Assembly (NCBI GenBank): GCA_021160725.1
Contig: JAGHCA010000044.1
Span: 1 to 51,549 of the forward strand
Direction: 5' to 3'
DNA length: 51,549 bases
Source of the DNA: Dehalococcoidia bacterium
Lineage (GTDB): Bacteria > Chloroflexota > Dehalococcoidia > GIF9 > AB-539-J10
Of the stretch, positions 9,159 through 17,756 are shown in pieces. The notes beneath the pieces are model-generated. The model did no database searches. It was not told the DNA's origin and saw nothing but the letters and a program-made list of their open reading frames with translations. The position numbers were made by a program, and so were the translations under genes. The stretch's first letter is position 1, and every line of letters starts with the position of its first letter.

Positions 9159-9782
9159 TCAGAATGATAGAAATCTCTCCGCTGAGATGACAGCAGTGGC
9201 GCCACTTCCAGCAGCAGTTATCGCTTGCCTGGTTGAATTATGGTGGACATCTCCGGCAGCAAATATTCTTGGAATCTTTGTTTCCATCACTTCGTTGGTG
9301 ATTATGTAGCTTCCTTCATCTAGAGATAACAATTCTTGCCACTGGTTACTATTGGGCTTCGAGCCGATAGCCACAAAAACACCTGCCACCTCTAGCGTTG
9401 ATATTTTAGCATCTTTGGTGTTTTTTGAGCTAACTTGCTTAACTATCGCGTCACCTTTCATTTAAGTTACCATAGTATACCAAACGAGTTCTATCTTCGG
9501 TTCGATCATGGCTCTTTTCTGAAATATGTTGATGGCTCGAAGCTGACTACGACTGTGGATGACCTTAACCGAAGAAGCAAACTTACTCAAATAGAGAATT
9601 TCGGTGGTAGCAACATCGCCACTATCTATCATTCCCGTTGTTTTGCTTTTGAATAAAGGACTATCGCAGGTGGCACAGCAGGAAACTCCCTTGCCCATAA
9701 ATATATCTTCCCCAGGCACGTCTAATTTGCGGCATTGCGAGCCGAAGGCAACGATTATCGCTTCAGATGCAAATCGCCTTCA
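9159..9782 (-). pseudogene. trxB: decayed thioredoxin reductase
   Basis: Two contiguous in-frame ORFs are separated by TAA at 9462-9464. The redox-active site is retained (GVSCCATCDS), as is the C-terminal FAAGDV..QAITAAGSGATAVISAERFL. The N-terminal FAD-binding ~110 aa are absent (in-frame stop at 9783-9785) and the NADPH motif is degraded (DSGDVATTE instead of GGGDSAxEE). Confidence 0.8.
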
Positions 9783-9836
9783 GTCTTTACTCTAATTATG
9801 CCATCGGTTTTTACCTGTAGGTAGGGGCTACTTGCT

Positions 9837-11003
9837 CTAACCATGGCAGAACTCTTGCTTAATCTTGTCAAACATCCCTGGCTGGAGGATATCAGCTACA
9901 GTCATAGCCAGTGCCTTAGCTGCGTCCATTAAACCTTCATGTCCTGCTTCAGAGGCGGCTGCTGCAGCAAATTCCGGTGTATGTCCCAACACATCAGGCG
10001 AAGCAATAGCTATCGTAGGATGTATGCTTGGGACTACTTGACTGACGTTTCCCATATCCGTGCTGCCAAGGCCAAACTCAGGCTCGAAGGCTACGACATG
10101 TCGCCCCAGCGATTCCAGATTTTGCTTAAATAACTCAGCTAGAGTTTCATTGTTTTTCATGGAATCAAAAGCTATTTCATCCCAGCGATATTCTAATCTT
10201 GCTCCACTAGCTGTAGAAGCTCCAATAAGGCAGTTCGAAACCTTCCTTTTCAATTCATCAAGATACTCACTATCTGGAGCCCGTACGTAAAACTCAGCAG
10301 CGCTATGCGCTGGCACTATATTAGGAGCTTCACCCCCATCGGTGATTATGCCATGGATGCGTGCTCCCTCTTTTATGTGTTGGCGCAGTGAATTTATAGA
10401 GTTGAAAGCTAAAATCGTAGCTTCAAGGGCATTTATGCCCTTGTGAGGTTCAGCCGAAGCGTGAGCCGGCTTGCCAAAAAATTCCACCTCTACGCCGGTG
10501 CAGGCAAGCGCCCGGATGGTTGCCAAGTTTCTCACATCAGGATGTATAATCATAGCCACGTCTATTTCATTAAAGACCCCAGCTTGCACCATGTTTATCT
10601 TGCCACCGAAGTTTTCCTCTGCAGGAGTGCCCAGGACTACAATGCTGCCTCCTAACTGGTCAATGATAGGCTTACTGCCGATAGCAGCACCAACTGCCGA
10701 GGAAGCTATTATATTATGCCCACAGCCATGTCCTATTTTGGGTAAAGCGTCGTATTCGGCAAGCAAAGCAATTCTAGGGCTTCCCTGACCATACGTTGCC
10801 CAAAAGGCTGTAGCTATGTCAGCAATGCCTCGTTCTACATGAAATTCGTTGTCTTCAAGATAGCTAGTAAGCCAAGCCATTGCCTTTTTCTCCTCGAAGC
10901 CCAACTCAGGGTTATCATGGATCTTCAGGCTCAGCTGGATAAGCTGTTGTCTTTGCGATTCCACTGCGTCTTTCACCTTTAGCTTCAGTTTTTCTATTTC
11001 CAA
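9837..11003 (-). CDS. M20-family amidohydrolase/peptidase
   Basis: 388 aa. Metal-binding motif GHGCGHN. Overall M20 (AbgB/amidohydrolase-like) pattern. Confidence 0.85.
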   Translation of the reverse strand: MEIEKLKLKVKDAVESQRQQLIQLSLKIHDNPELGFEEKKAMAWLTSYLEDNEFHVERGIADIATAFWATYGQGSPRIALLAEYDALPKIGHGCGHNIIASSAVGAAIGSKPIIDQLGGSIVVLGTPAEENFGGKINMVQAGVFNEIDVAMIIHPDVRNLATIRALACTGVEVEFFGKPAHASAEPHKGINALEATILAFNSINSLRQHIKEGARIHGIITDGGEAPNIVPAHSAAEFYVRAPDSEYLDELKRKVSNCLIGASTASGARLEYRWDEIAFDSMKNNETLAELFKQNLESLGRHVVAFEPEFGLGSTDMGNVSQVVPSIHPTIAIASPDVLGHTPEFAAAAASEAGHEGLMDAAKALAMTVADILQPGMFDKIKQEFCHG

Positions 11004-11006
11004 TGC

Positions 11007-11034
11007 TTGAACCTCCTGTGATATGATTTATTAT
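11007..11034 (+). promoter_or_regulatory. possible sigma-70-type promoter TTGAAC-N16-TATTAT for yceD-rpmF
   Basis: Hexamer match in the 66-bp divergent intergenic region. Sequence match only. Confidence 0.3.
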
Positions 11035-11069
11035 ACTTTGGGTTCATCGAAATTTCTAGGCTGTGATAA

Positions 11070-11525
11070 ATGGGAAGAGAATCTCTGAATGCTTTGATAA
11101 ATGTATCCCAGTTACTGAAAGAGTCTGCTGGCTCTACTCGAAGTTATGATATAGATGGGATAATTGATGAGGAAGTTGAAGGTTCTGTGAAAGGAAAGGT
11201 AAAGTTAATTCATACCAGTCGGGGAGTTTTGGTGCAAGGCAAGTTAGCTGTTGAGGTAAAACTCGTATGTAGCCGCTGCCTCGGTACATACTTATGTCCG
11301 ATAAGCTTTACTGCGGAAGAAGAATTCCTTCGGACGTCTGATTTGCCTGGCGATTCAGCACTCTATTTGCGGGAGCAAGCGGAAGAGTTCACTATTGATA
11401 GTAAGAATATACTTGACCTGGGCGAACTAATACGGCAATATACATTGTTAAATTTGCCCATGAAACCATTATGTCGACCTGACTGCCCGGGAATTAAGGA
11501 GGAGAATTCATATGGCACTGCCTAA
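11070..11525 (+). CDS. yceD: YceD/DUF177 family protein
   Basis: 151 aa with the CSRC...C..DCPG Cys pattern. Lies directly upstream of, and overlapping, rpmF, as in many bacteria. Confidence 0.8.
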   Translation: MGRESLNALINVSQLLKESAGSTRSYDIDGIIDEEVEGSVKGKVKLIHTSRGVLVQGKLAVEVKLVCSRCLGTYLCPISFTAEEEFLRTSDLPGDSALYLREQAEEFTIDSKNILDLGELIRQYTLLNLPMKPLCRPDCPGIKEENSYGTA

Positions 11526-11700
11526 GAAGAAAACCGCGAAATCACGCCAAGGAAAAAGGCGCAGCCACCTCAAGCTAAGTCTGCCTGCCATGGATGTATG
11601 TCCACATTGCCACAGTCCCAAGTTATCTCACCGTGTTTGTCCTCAATGTGGCTGGTATAACGACAGAGAGACAATCGAGGTCAAACCCTCCAAGAAGTAG
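11512..11700 (+). CDS. rpmF: 50S ribosomal protein L32
   Basis: 62 aa. N-terminal ALPKKKT..R and zinc ribbon CPHC...CPQCG. Confidence 0.9.
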   Translation: MALPKKKTAKSRQGKRRSHLKLSLPAMDVCPHCHSPKLSHRVCPQCGWYNDRETIEVKPSKK

Positions 11701-11705
11701 TTAAC

Positions 11706-12656
11706 ATGTCTGAGTTATCCAAGGTAGCTTATGTTTTCCCAGGACAGGGTTCCCAAAGCACTGGTATGGGAGTGGATCTTTATGACCGCTATCCCTCAGC
11801 CAGGGCAGTCTTTGATCAAGCTGATGCTTCTTTAGGCTTTTCTCTCTCGCGTTTATGCTTTGAAGGGCCGGATGAGGAGTTGACAAAGACGCATAACGTC
11901 CAGCCAGCAATACTGGTCGTCAGCATTGCCTGTCTTAAAGCGATTGAAGAGGCTGCCATGGCTAATTTTCCCTCTCCCTCTTTTGTTGCTGGGCATAGTT
12001 TAGGCGAATACACTGCCCTGGTTGCTGCCGGTGCGCTGGACTTGGAAGATGCTGTTTTGCTTGTCAGGGAAAGAGGTAGACTGATGTATGAAGCTGGACT
12101 AAGAAATCCCGGGGGGATGCTGGCTGTAATAGGACTTGATGAAGAGACAGTTAAAGATATTAGCCTACATAGTGGCACTGAAATCTCCAATATAAACTGC
12201 CCCGGGCAGATTGTGATTAGTGGTGCTACCCAGGCTCTGGCTGAAGCTGATAAATTAGCCAGGGCAAGAGGTGCTCGTGTTCTTATTCCTCTGAAGGTTA
12301 GCGGGGCTTTTCATTCTGCCTTAATGGAGCCAGCCGTAGCTGAATTCAGTAAAATCGTTTCGAACATTGGATTTAAACCACCAAGTATTCCTGTGGTATC
12401 TAATGTGACTGCTCGGCTATTAACCGACGCTGACTCTATAAAAGAAGAGTTGGTGAAGCAGCTTCGTAACTGTATCCAATGGCAAAGGTCGGTGGAATAT
12501 ATGATGCAAGGTGGGATCACCACTTTTTATGAGATGGGCCCAGGGAGAGTGCTCAGCGGTTTACTCAGGCGAATCAATTCTGAGCTCCAAACGTTCAATA
12601 TATCAGGAGTTGAGGATATAGCACAGCTAGTATCTAAAGAGAATCCAACCAACTAA
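11706..12656 (+). CDS. fabD: malonyl-CoA:ACP transacylase
   Basis: 316 aa. Carries FPGQGSQ and the active-site motif GHSLGEY. Confidence 0.9.
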   Translation: MSELSKVAYVFPGQGSQSTGMGVDLYDRYPSARAVFDQADASLGFSLSRLCFEGPDEELTKTHNVQPAILVVSIACLKAIEEAAMANFPSPSFVAGHSLGEYTALVAAGALDLEDAVLLVRERGRLMYEAGLRNPGGMLAVIGLDEETVKDISLHSGTEISNINCPGQIVISGATQALAEADKLARARGARVLIPLKVSGAFHSALMEPAVAEFSKIVSNIGFKPPSIPVVSNVTARLLTDADSIKEELVKQLRNCIQWQRSVEYMMQGGITTFYEMGPGRVLSGLLRRINSELQTFNISGVEDIAQLVSKENPTN

Positions 12657-13072
12657 TGGCTGGCATCAGGCGACGGGCAAGAATCGTTGCTCTCCAAACG
12701 CTTTATGAGCTTGATTATACTAAGCATAAGGTGGAGGATGCTTGGGCTCATTTGAGAGCGGAGAAAACACTGCCCCAAGAAGCACTTAGCTTCAGTGAAG
12801 AGCTTGTGAAAGGAGTACTCCAAAACAAATCTGAGCTTGATGCTCTCATTAAGAAATTTGCTCCGGCTTTTCCCCCAGAGCAAATGTCAACCGTTGACAG
12901 AAATATTCTGCGCCTGGCTATTTTCGAAATTTCGTTTAGCGATAAAACCCCGCTCAAGGTAGCTATAAATGAGGCTATAGAATTAGCCAAGGAATTCGGA
13001 AGCGACTCTTCCCCACGATTAATCAACGGAGTATTGGGCTCAATAACAACTGAACGTGGCGTAACACGATAA
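12656..13072 (+). CDS. nusB: transcription antitermination factor NusB
   Basis: 138 aa. NusB pattern (RRRARIVALQTLYE ... NGVLGSI). TAATG overlap with fabD. Confidence 0.9.
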   Translation: MAGIRRRARIVALQTLYELDYTKHKVEDAWAHLRAEKTLPQEALSFSEELVKGVLQNKSELDALIKKFAPAFPPEQMSTVDRNILRLAIFEISFSDKTPLKVAINEAIELAKEFGSDSSPRLINGVLGSITTERGVTR

Positions 13073-13192
13073 AGCTTCCTTTAGAGACGTGAGTCCTTGT
13101 CTGTTCACCTGTGACCTCTCAACCAGGGTGATTTCCCACAAAAGATAAAATTTTTGACAATATAGTCCCATATAGTGTAAAAATATTATACA

Positions 13193-14311
13193 ATGAGGAA
13201 GCTGGAGATTCAACGGGAACAAGCGTTGCAGGCGCGGCAAGAGTTCAAATTGATCATGCGACTGGAACAGGCTGGTTTGCTGGAAATGCCCGAAGAGGAG
13301 TTTAACAGGCTTACCACCGAAGTAGAAAGCAGCCCCTTATTTAGAAAGTTATATCGGAAGGATGGAATAATTCATTATCAGAGGTATCCTAAGACAGACT
13401 TTTCTCCTCGCTTTTATCAACTTAATGAAGAGATTGTTGCTGGGACAGACACTCTTGATATCGACTCTCTTTTATCTAACAAAGGAGATGTAATTCGTCT
13501 GATAAAGAAAATAGGGCTGGATAATTTTAAGCGCTATTTTCTTTATCCTGAACCCAGGGTAAGCATAGAAGAGGTCACTCAAGAGTGCAATTTGGAGCTT
13601 GCAGAGGTTGAAAGGATAGATAGCCTCATTAACGAATTCTCCATTATGAGCGAGTTTTACAACCCTTCTGTTCTGAGTTCGGAACATGGAATTCACTACT
13701 CCAAGGTCGCTTCGATAGAAAGGGGGGCTGAGGGTTTTATTATCAGCTATATCTCTCCGCCTTATGCGCGGGGAAGATATTCGATTGACTATGCGAGATT
13801 TGAGGAATTGAGGCAGAGTGGAGTTATCACCAAGGCTGAGGTAAAGGAAATCAGACAGCTATTTAAGAAGCTAGAGCTAATCAATAGACGTAAGGACACG
13901 GTTACTCGGATATTGCAAGGAATTGTGGAAAAGCAAGCACCCTATTTCGAATCCGGTAACGGCAAGGCTATCCTGCCGTTTAGCCAAAAAGAGCTAGCTG
14001 AAAGGATTGGGCTTGCTCCAAGCTCAATTAGCCGCGCTATTAGCGGTAAAAGCCTTGAGATGCCATGGGGCGAAGAGAAGGCCCTTAAGGATTTCTTTCC
14101 TCGGCCGAGAAGGTTTCGGAAGGAACTGGTCAGGCAGCTTCTTGAAACAGGGGAAGAATTCCCCTCTGATGAAGCGATTAAAGCCGAACTTGAACAGAAA
14201 TTTGGCGTTTCTATTTCCCGCCGTCTAGTAGCAAGCTTGAGGAAGGAATTAAAAATACCCGCAGCTTGGAAAAGGGGAAGACAGCCCTCTAAGAAAGCAA
14301 AAGGAGGATAA
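13193..14311 (+). CDS. short, divergent sigma-54 (RpoN)-like factor
   Basis: 372 aa. Region-I-like N-terminus (LEIQREQALQARQEFKLIMRLEQAGLLEMPEEEF..EVESSPLF). HTH segment SQKELAERIGLAPSSISRAISGKSLEMPWG..LKDFF. RpoN-box-like FGVSISRRLVASLRKELKIP. About 100 aa shorter than typical RpoN. Confidence 0.6.
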   Translation: MRKLEIQREQALQARQEFKLIMRLEQAGLLEMPEEEFNRLTTEVESSPLFRKLYRKDGIIHYQRYPKTDFSPRFYQLNEEIVAGTDTLDIDSLLSNKGDVIRLIKKIGLDNFKRYFLYPEPRVSIEEVTQECNLELAEVERIDSLINEFSIMSEFYNPSVLSSEHGIHYSKVASIERGAEGFIISYISPPYARGRYSIDYARFEELRQSGVITKAEVKEIRQLFKKLELINRRKDTVTRILQGIVEKQAPYFESGNGKAILPFSQKELAERIGLAPSSISRAISGKSLEMPWGEEKALKDFFPRPRRFRKELVRQLLETGEEFPSDEAIKAELEQKFGVSISRRLVASLRKELKIPAAWKRGRQPSKKAKGG

Positions 14312-14313
14312 TA

Positions 14314-16260
14314 ATGGGCATTATCTTTACAGTGACGGAGAAGTGTAAGGGGTGCTATGCCTGTGTTCGCAACTGCCCGGTCAAGGCTATTAGAGTGAAG
14401 GAAGGGATAGCCGGAGTTATGGAGGAGAGGTGTGTTACCTGTGGCGTCTGTATCAACATATGCGCTATAGGGGCCAGAGAGGCTAAGAGCGACATAGGTT
14501 ATGTTCGCCAGCTATTGGGGCAATCCACTCCGGTAATCGCTGCCCTTTCCTCCGCCTTTACGGCAGCTTTTCCAGAAATCAGGCCGAAGCAGTTAGTATC
14601 TGCTTTGAAGAAGCTGGGGTTCAGTGAGGTAATGGAAACTGCCTTTGGTGCTGAGCTGGTCTGCCGCGAGTATGGACGAATGGTAAAGGGAAACAAAGGA
14701 AAGCCCATTCTTTCCTCTACCTGTCCTGCTGTAACTTCCCTGGTGGAAAAACACTATCCTCAGCTAATCGATAGACTGGCACCAATTGTGTCGCCCATGA
14801 TCGCCATGGGCAGGGTCATTAAATGGCGGTACAATCCTGAGGCTAAAGTAGTCTTCATTGGCCCCTGTATAGCTAAAAAAGCTGAAGCAGAGGATGAGAA
14901 AGTTGCCGGGGTCATTGACGCTGTTCTGACCTTTTCCGAGCTGAGGGAGATGTTGGCGACAAAGGAAATCGACCTCCTTTCTGAGGAGGAAGAGCAGTTC
15001 TCTGGCCCCAGGCCTCATCTCGGTCGCCTGTTCCCTGTGCCCGGGGCTTCACTTAAGCTAGCGGGAATCTCTGGTGATACCATGATAAGCGATGTCGTTG
15101 TAGCTGAGGGCATTGATCGTGCTAGCAGTTGCCTTCTGGAATTTGCTCAAGGCAAGGTCAAAACCAAGTTTATGGACATATTCTTCTGCCGGGGTTGTAT
15201 TGACGGACCAGCGATAAATAAGAGCCTAAGCCTTTGTGGACGTAGGGAAAAAATAGTTGATTATGCTTTGGAGGATGCAGATCCGGCTCGAACGGAGAGC
15301 GACATCGAGCAATATGCTGACATTGACCTCAGCCGCAAATTTACCAATCGATATACTGTGCTACGCACCCCGACCGAAGATGAGATCAACGACATCCTGA
15401 GACAAATCGGTAAGCTAAAAAGAGAAGATCAACTCAACTGTGGAGCCTGTGGATATAATTCCTGTCGAGAGCTGGCTACTGCCGTCTGTCAAGGTTTAGC
15501 AGAGCGTGAGATGTGCTGGCCTTATCTGGTCAACGAATTACAGAATACACAGGATGAACTCCTCAGGGCTGAGAAGTTAACCTCGCTGGGCCAGTTGGCT
15601 GCCTCCATTGCTCACGAAATCAATAATCCTCTGACTGGTGTACTGGTCTATACCCAGTTGCTATCAAAGAAAGTGGCTGGTGATGCTTTTAAGAGAGAAC
15701 AAGCCTTGGAGTATCTTTCCAAGATGGAATCCGAGGTAGGTCGTTGCTCCAGGATAATCCGAAATCTTTTAGATTTTGCTCGGCAAACTGAGCCAATGTT
15801 GAGGTTGGTGGATGTTAACCGGGTTATAGAACAGGTATTGGCTATGGTAGGGCATCAAGCTCAACTTCAAAACGTTGAGATTGTGAAAGAGTTTAGCCCA
15901 TCCTTGCCTAAGGTCATAGCTGATTTCGACCAGCTTCAACAGGTATTTACTAATCTCACGCTGAATGCTATCCAGGCGATGTCTGAAGGGGGTAAGCTGA
16001 CTCTGCGCACGTCCGTGGAGAATAGTCAAGTTAGGGTTGATGTCCAGGATACAGGTTGTGGTATTTCAAAAGATAACTTGAGTAAGCTTTTCACTCCTTT
16101 CTTCACCACCAAGGCAAAAGGCAAGGGTGTAGGGTTGGGATTAGCTGTAGTTCACGGGATTATTGAGAGGCACAAGGGAGTAATCAAAGTGCAAAGTGAG
16201 GTGGGGAAAGGAACCACCTTCACCGTCTATTTGGGAGGCCACAACGATGAAAAAGGTTAA
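14314..16260 (+). CDS. sensor histidine kinase with 2x[4Fe-4S] ferredoxin, [FeFe]-hydrogenase-like domain and CxxCGxxxC Fe-S domain as input
   Basis: N-terminal CKGCYACVRNCP and CVTCGVCINIC. Hydrogenase H-domain-like motifs SSTCPAV, GPCIAKKAE and FFCRGCIDGP. Also NCGACGYNSCRELATAVC. H-box SIAHEINNPL and HATPase_c (DTGCGI..GKGVGLGL). The RBS lies inside the end of the preceding gene. Confidence 0.85.
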   Translation: MGIIFTVTEKCKGCYACVRNCPVKAIRVKEGIAGVMEERCVTCGVCINICAIGAREAKSDIGYVRQLLGQSTPVIAALSSAFTAAFPEIRPKQLVSALKKLGFSEVMETAFGAELVCREYGRMVKGNKGKPILSSTCPAVTSLVEKHYPQLIDRLAPIVSPMIAMGRVIKWRYNPEAKVVFIGPCIAKKAEAEDEKVAGVIDAVLTFSELREMLATKEIDLLSEEEEQFSGPRPHLGRLFPVPGASLKLAGISGDTMISDVVVAEGIDRASSCLLEFAQGKVKTKFMDIFFCRGCIDGPAINKSLSLCGRREKIVDYALEDADPARTESDIEQYADIDLSRKFTNRYTVLRTPTEDEINDILRQIGKLKREDQLNCGACGYNSCRELATAVCQGLAEREMCWPYLVNELQNTQDELLRAEKLTSLGQLAASIAHEINNPLTGVLVYTQLLSKKVAGDAFKREQALEYLSKMESEVGRCSRIIRNLLDFARQTEPMLRLVDVNRVIEQVLAMVGHQAQLQNVEIVKEFSPSLPKVIADFDQLQQVFTNLTLNAIQAMSEGGKLTLRTSVENSQVRVDVQDTGCGISKDNLSKLFTPFFTTKAKGKGVGLGLAVVHGIIERHKGVIKVQSEVGKGTTFTVYLGGHNDEKG

Positions 16261-17602
16261 AATACTAGTGGTTGATGATGAGGCTATTGTCCGCGAGTCG
16301 CTAAGCGAATGGCTCAAGGATGTTGGCTATCAGGTTTTCGCCGCTGAAAGTGGCCCCAAGGCATTAGAGGTGATTGGGAAGGAAAAGCCGGGCATCATGA
16401 TTGCCGATCTGGTTATGCCGGGTATGGACGGTATTGAATTGATGAAAAGGGCTAAAGAGCTTCATCCTAGGATAGAGGTTATTATTATCACAGCCTATGC
16501 TAGCATCCCTACCGCCATCGCTGCTATAAAAGAAGGGGCATACGATTATATTGAAAAGCCCTTTTGCCCTGAGAGAGCCGAATTCCTCGTCGAAAAATTA
16601 GCTGAACATCAGGAACTCGTCGAGGAAAACCTCGCCCTGCGTCATAGATTGGAAGACCGTTACCGCTTTGAGAACATCATTGCTAAGAGCTCCAAGATGC
16701 AGCGGCTGATTGAGTTGATAAAGGTTGTGGGCAAAAGCAACGCCACAGTATTAATCACAGGTGAAAGCGGCACAGGGAAGGAGTTAGTAGCACGTGCCAT
16801 TCATTCTCAGAGCCATCGTCGGAACAAGCCCTTTGTCGCTGTTAGTTGTGCTGCTTTGCCGGAAAGCCTTTTGGAAAGCGAACTGTTTGGCCACGAGAGG
16901 GGTTCCTTCACCGGCGCCTACACTCGGAAGAAGGGCAAATTCGAGTTTGCCAGTGGGGGGACTCTTTTTTTGGATGAAATCGGCGAGATGAGTGCCAATA
17001 TCCAAGTACACCTGTTAAGGGTTTTAGAAGAGAAAGAATTTACTCGCGTCGGTGGCAATGAGCCACTCAGAGTTGATGTAAGAGTTATTTCCGCGACTAA
17101 TAAGGACTTAAGAAAGGCCATAGAAAAGCAAGAATTCCGAGAAGACCTTTATTATCGCCTTAATGTAGTTAACATCGAATTGCCACCCTTGAGGGAAAGG
17201 AAGGAGGATATCCCTCTCTTGGCTGAGCATTTCTTGAATAAGTTTGCTTCGGAGAATCGGAAAGAGATTACCGGATTCTCTACCGATACTGTAGAATTTC
17301 TGCTCGATTATGACTGGCCGGGCAATGTCCGTGAGTTGGAAAATGCCATTGAAAGGGCGGTCATCCTGGCTAAGGATAGCATTATCACCATTGCTGACCT
17401 GCCTCAGAAGAAGATATCGCCTGCTTATTCAACTGCGCAGAGGAAAAATCTTAAAGAAGTAGAAAAAGAGCACATCTTGAATATCCTCCGTGAAACCGGC
17501 GAGAACTACAGTCAGGCAGCTAGAATCTTGGGAATTAGCAGGATGACGCTTTACAAAAAGGCAAGGGAATATGATTTAAGTGTAAAGAAAATTAAACAGT
17601 GA
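16247..17602 (+). CDS. sigma-54-dependent response regulator (NtrC family)
   Basis: REC (MKKVKILVVDDE..DLVMPGMDG), AAA+ sigma-54 activator core (GESGTGKE, ESELFGHERGSFTGA, the latter spanning the GAFTGA-type loop) and a C-terminal Fis-type HTH. Start placed at ATG 16247 behind GGGAGG, not at 16196. Confidence 0.9.
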   Translation: MKKVKILVVDDEAIVRESLSEWLKDVGYQVFAAESGPKALEVIGKEKPGIMIADLVMPGMDGIELMKRAKELHPRIEVIIITAYASIPTAIAAIKEGAYDYIEKPFCPERAEFLVEKLAEHQELVEENLALRHRLEDRYRFENIIAKSSKMQRLIELIKVVGKSNATVLITGESGTGKELVARAIHSQSHRRNKPFVAVSCAALPESLLESELFGHERGSFTGAYTRKKGKFEFASGGTLFLDEIGEMSANIQVHLLRVLEEKEFTRVGGNEPLRVDVRVISATNKDLRKAIEKQEFREDLYYRLNVVNIELPPLRERKEDIPLLAEHFLNKFASENRKEITGFSTDTVEFLLDYDWPGNVRELENAIERAVILAKDSIITIADLPQKKISPAYSTAQRKNLKEVEKEHILNILRETGENYSQAARILGISRMTLYKKAREYDLSVKKIKQ

Positions 17603-17663
17603 CTGATTAATTATTTACATAACTCGGCAAGACGGTAGTTCCTAAGTCTGTCGCCCTAGTGAA

Positions 17664-17700
17664 GAAAACTATCCTGAATTTTCAGGATGGTTTTTTATTT
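17664..17700 (+). terminator. intrinsic terminator after the regulator operon
   Basis: ATCCTGAA-TT-TTCAGGAT palindrome (17671-17688), flanked by an A-tract upstream and GGTTTTTTATTT downstream. Confidence 0.65.
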
Positions 17701-17756
17701 CGACGGAAGGATTGTAGTTGGCTTAGATTAGAAGATTAAGATATAGGGAAAGAGAT

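Noticed and set aside
9462-9464. In-frame stop inside trxB as a recoding event (selenocysteine or pyrrolysine).
   Set aside because: The codon is TAA, not TGA or TAG. It does not align with a catalytic residue. The gene also lacks its N-terminal domain and has a degraded NADPH motif, so pseudogenisation is the simpler reading.
16196-16246. Upstream starts given by the ORF track for several genes (16196 for the NtrC-type gene, 17756 for the REC-Cys gene, 20153 for the HdrA hybrid, 45795 for MvhD-like, 9153 for rplI).
   Set aside because: Each extension lacks an RBS and overlaps the preceding gene or a promoter. It also adds residues absent from the family N-terminus. Internal ATG/TTG codons with good Shine-Dalgarno spacing give the canonical N-termini.
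17671-17688. 18-bp palindrome ATCCTGAATTTTCAGGAT as an enhancer (UAS) for the NtrC-type activator, ~80 nt upstream of the sigma-54 promoter.
   Set aside because: Not excluded. However, the flanking A-tract and T-run make a rho-independent terminator for the regulator operon the better-supported call, so I annotated it as a terminator and mention the alternative only in the promoter finding.
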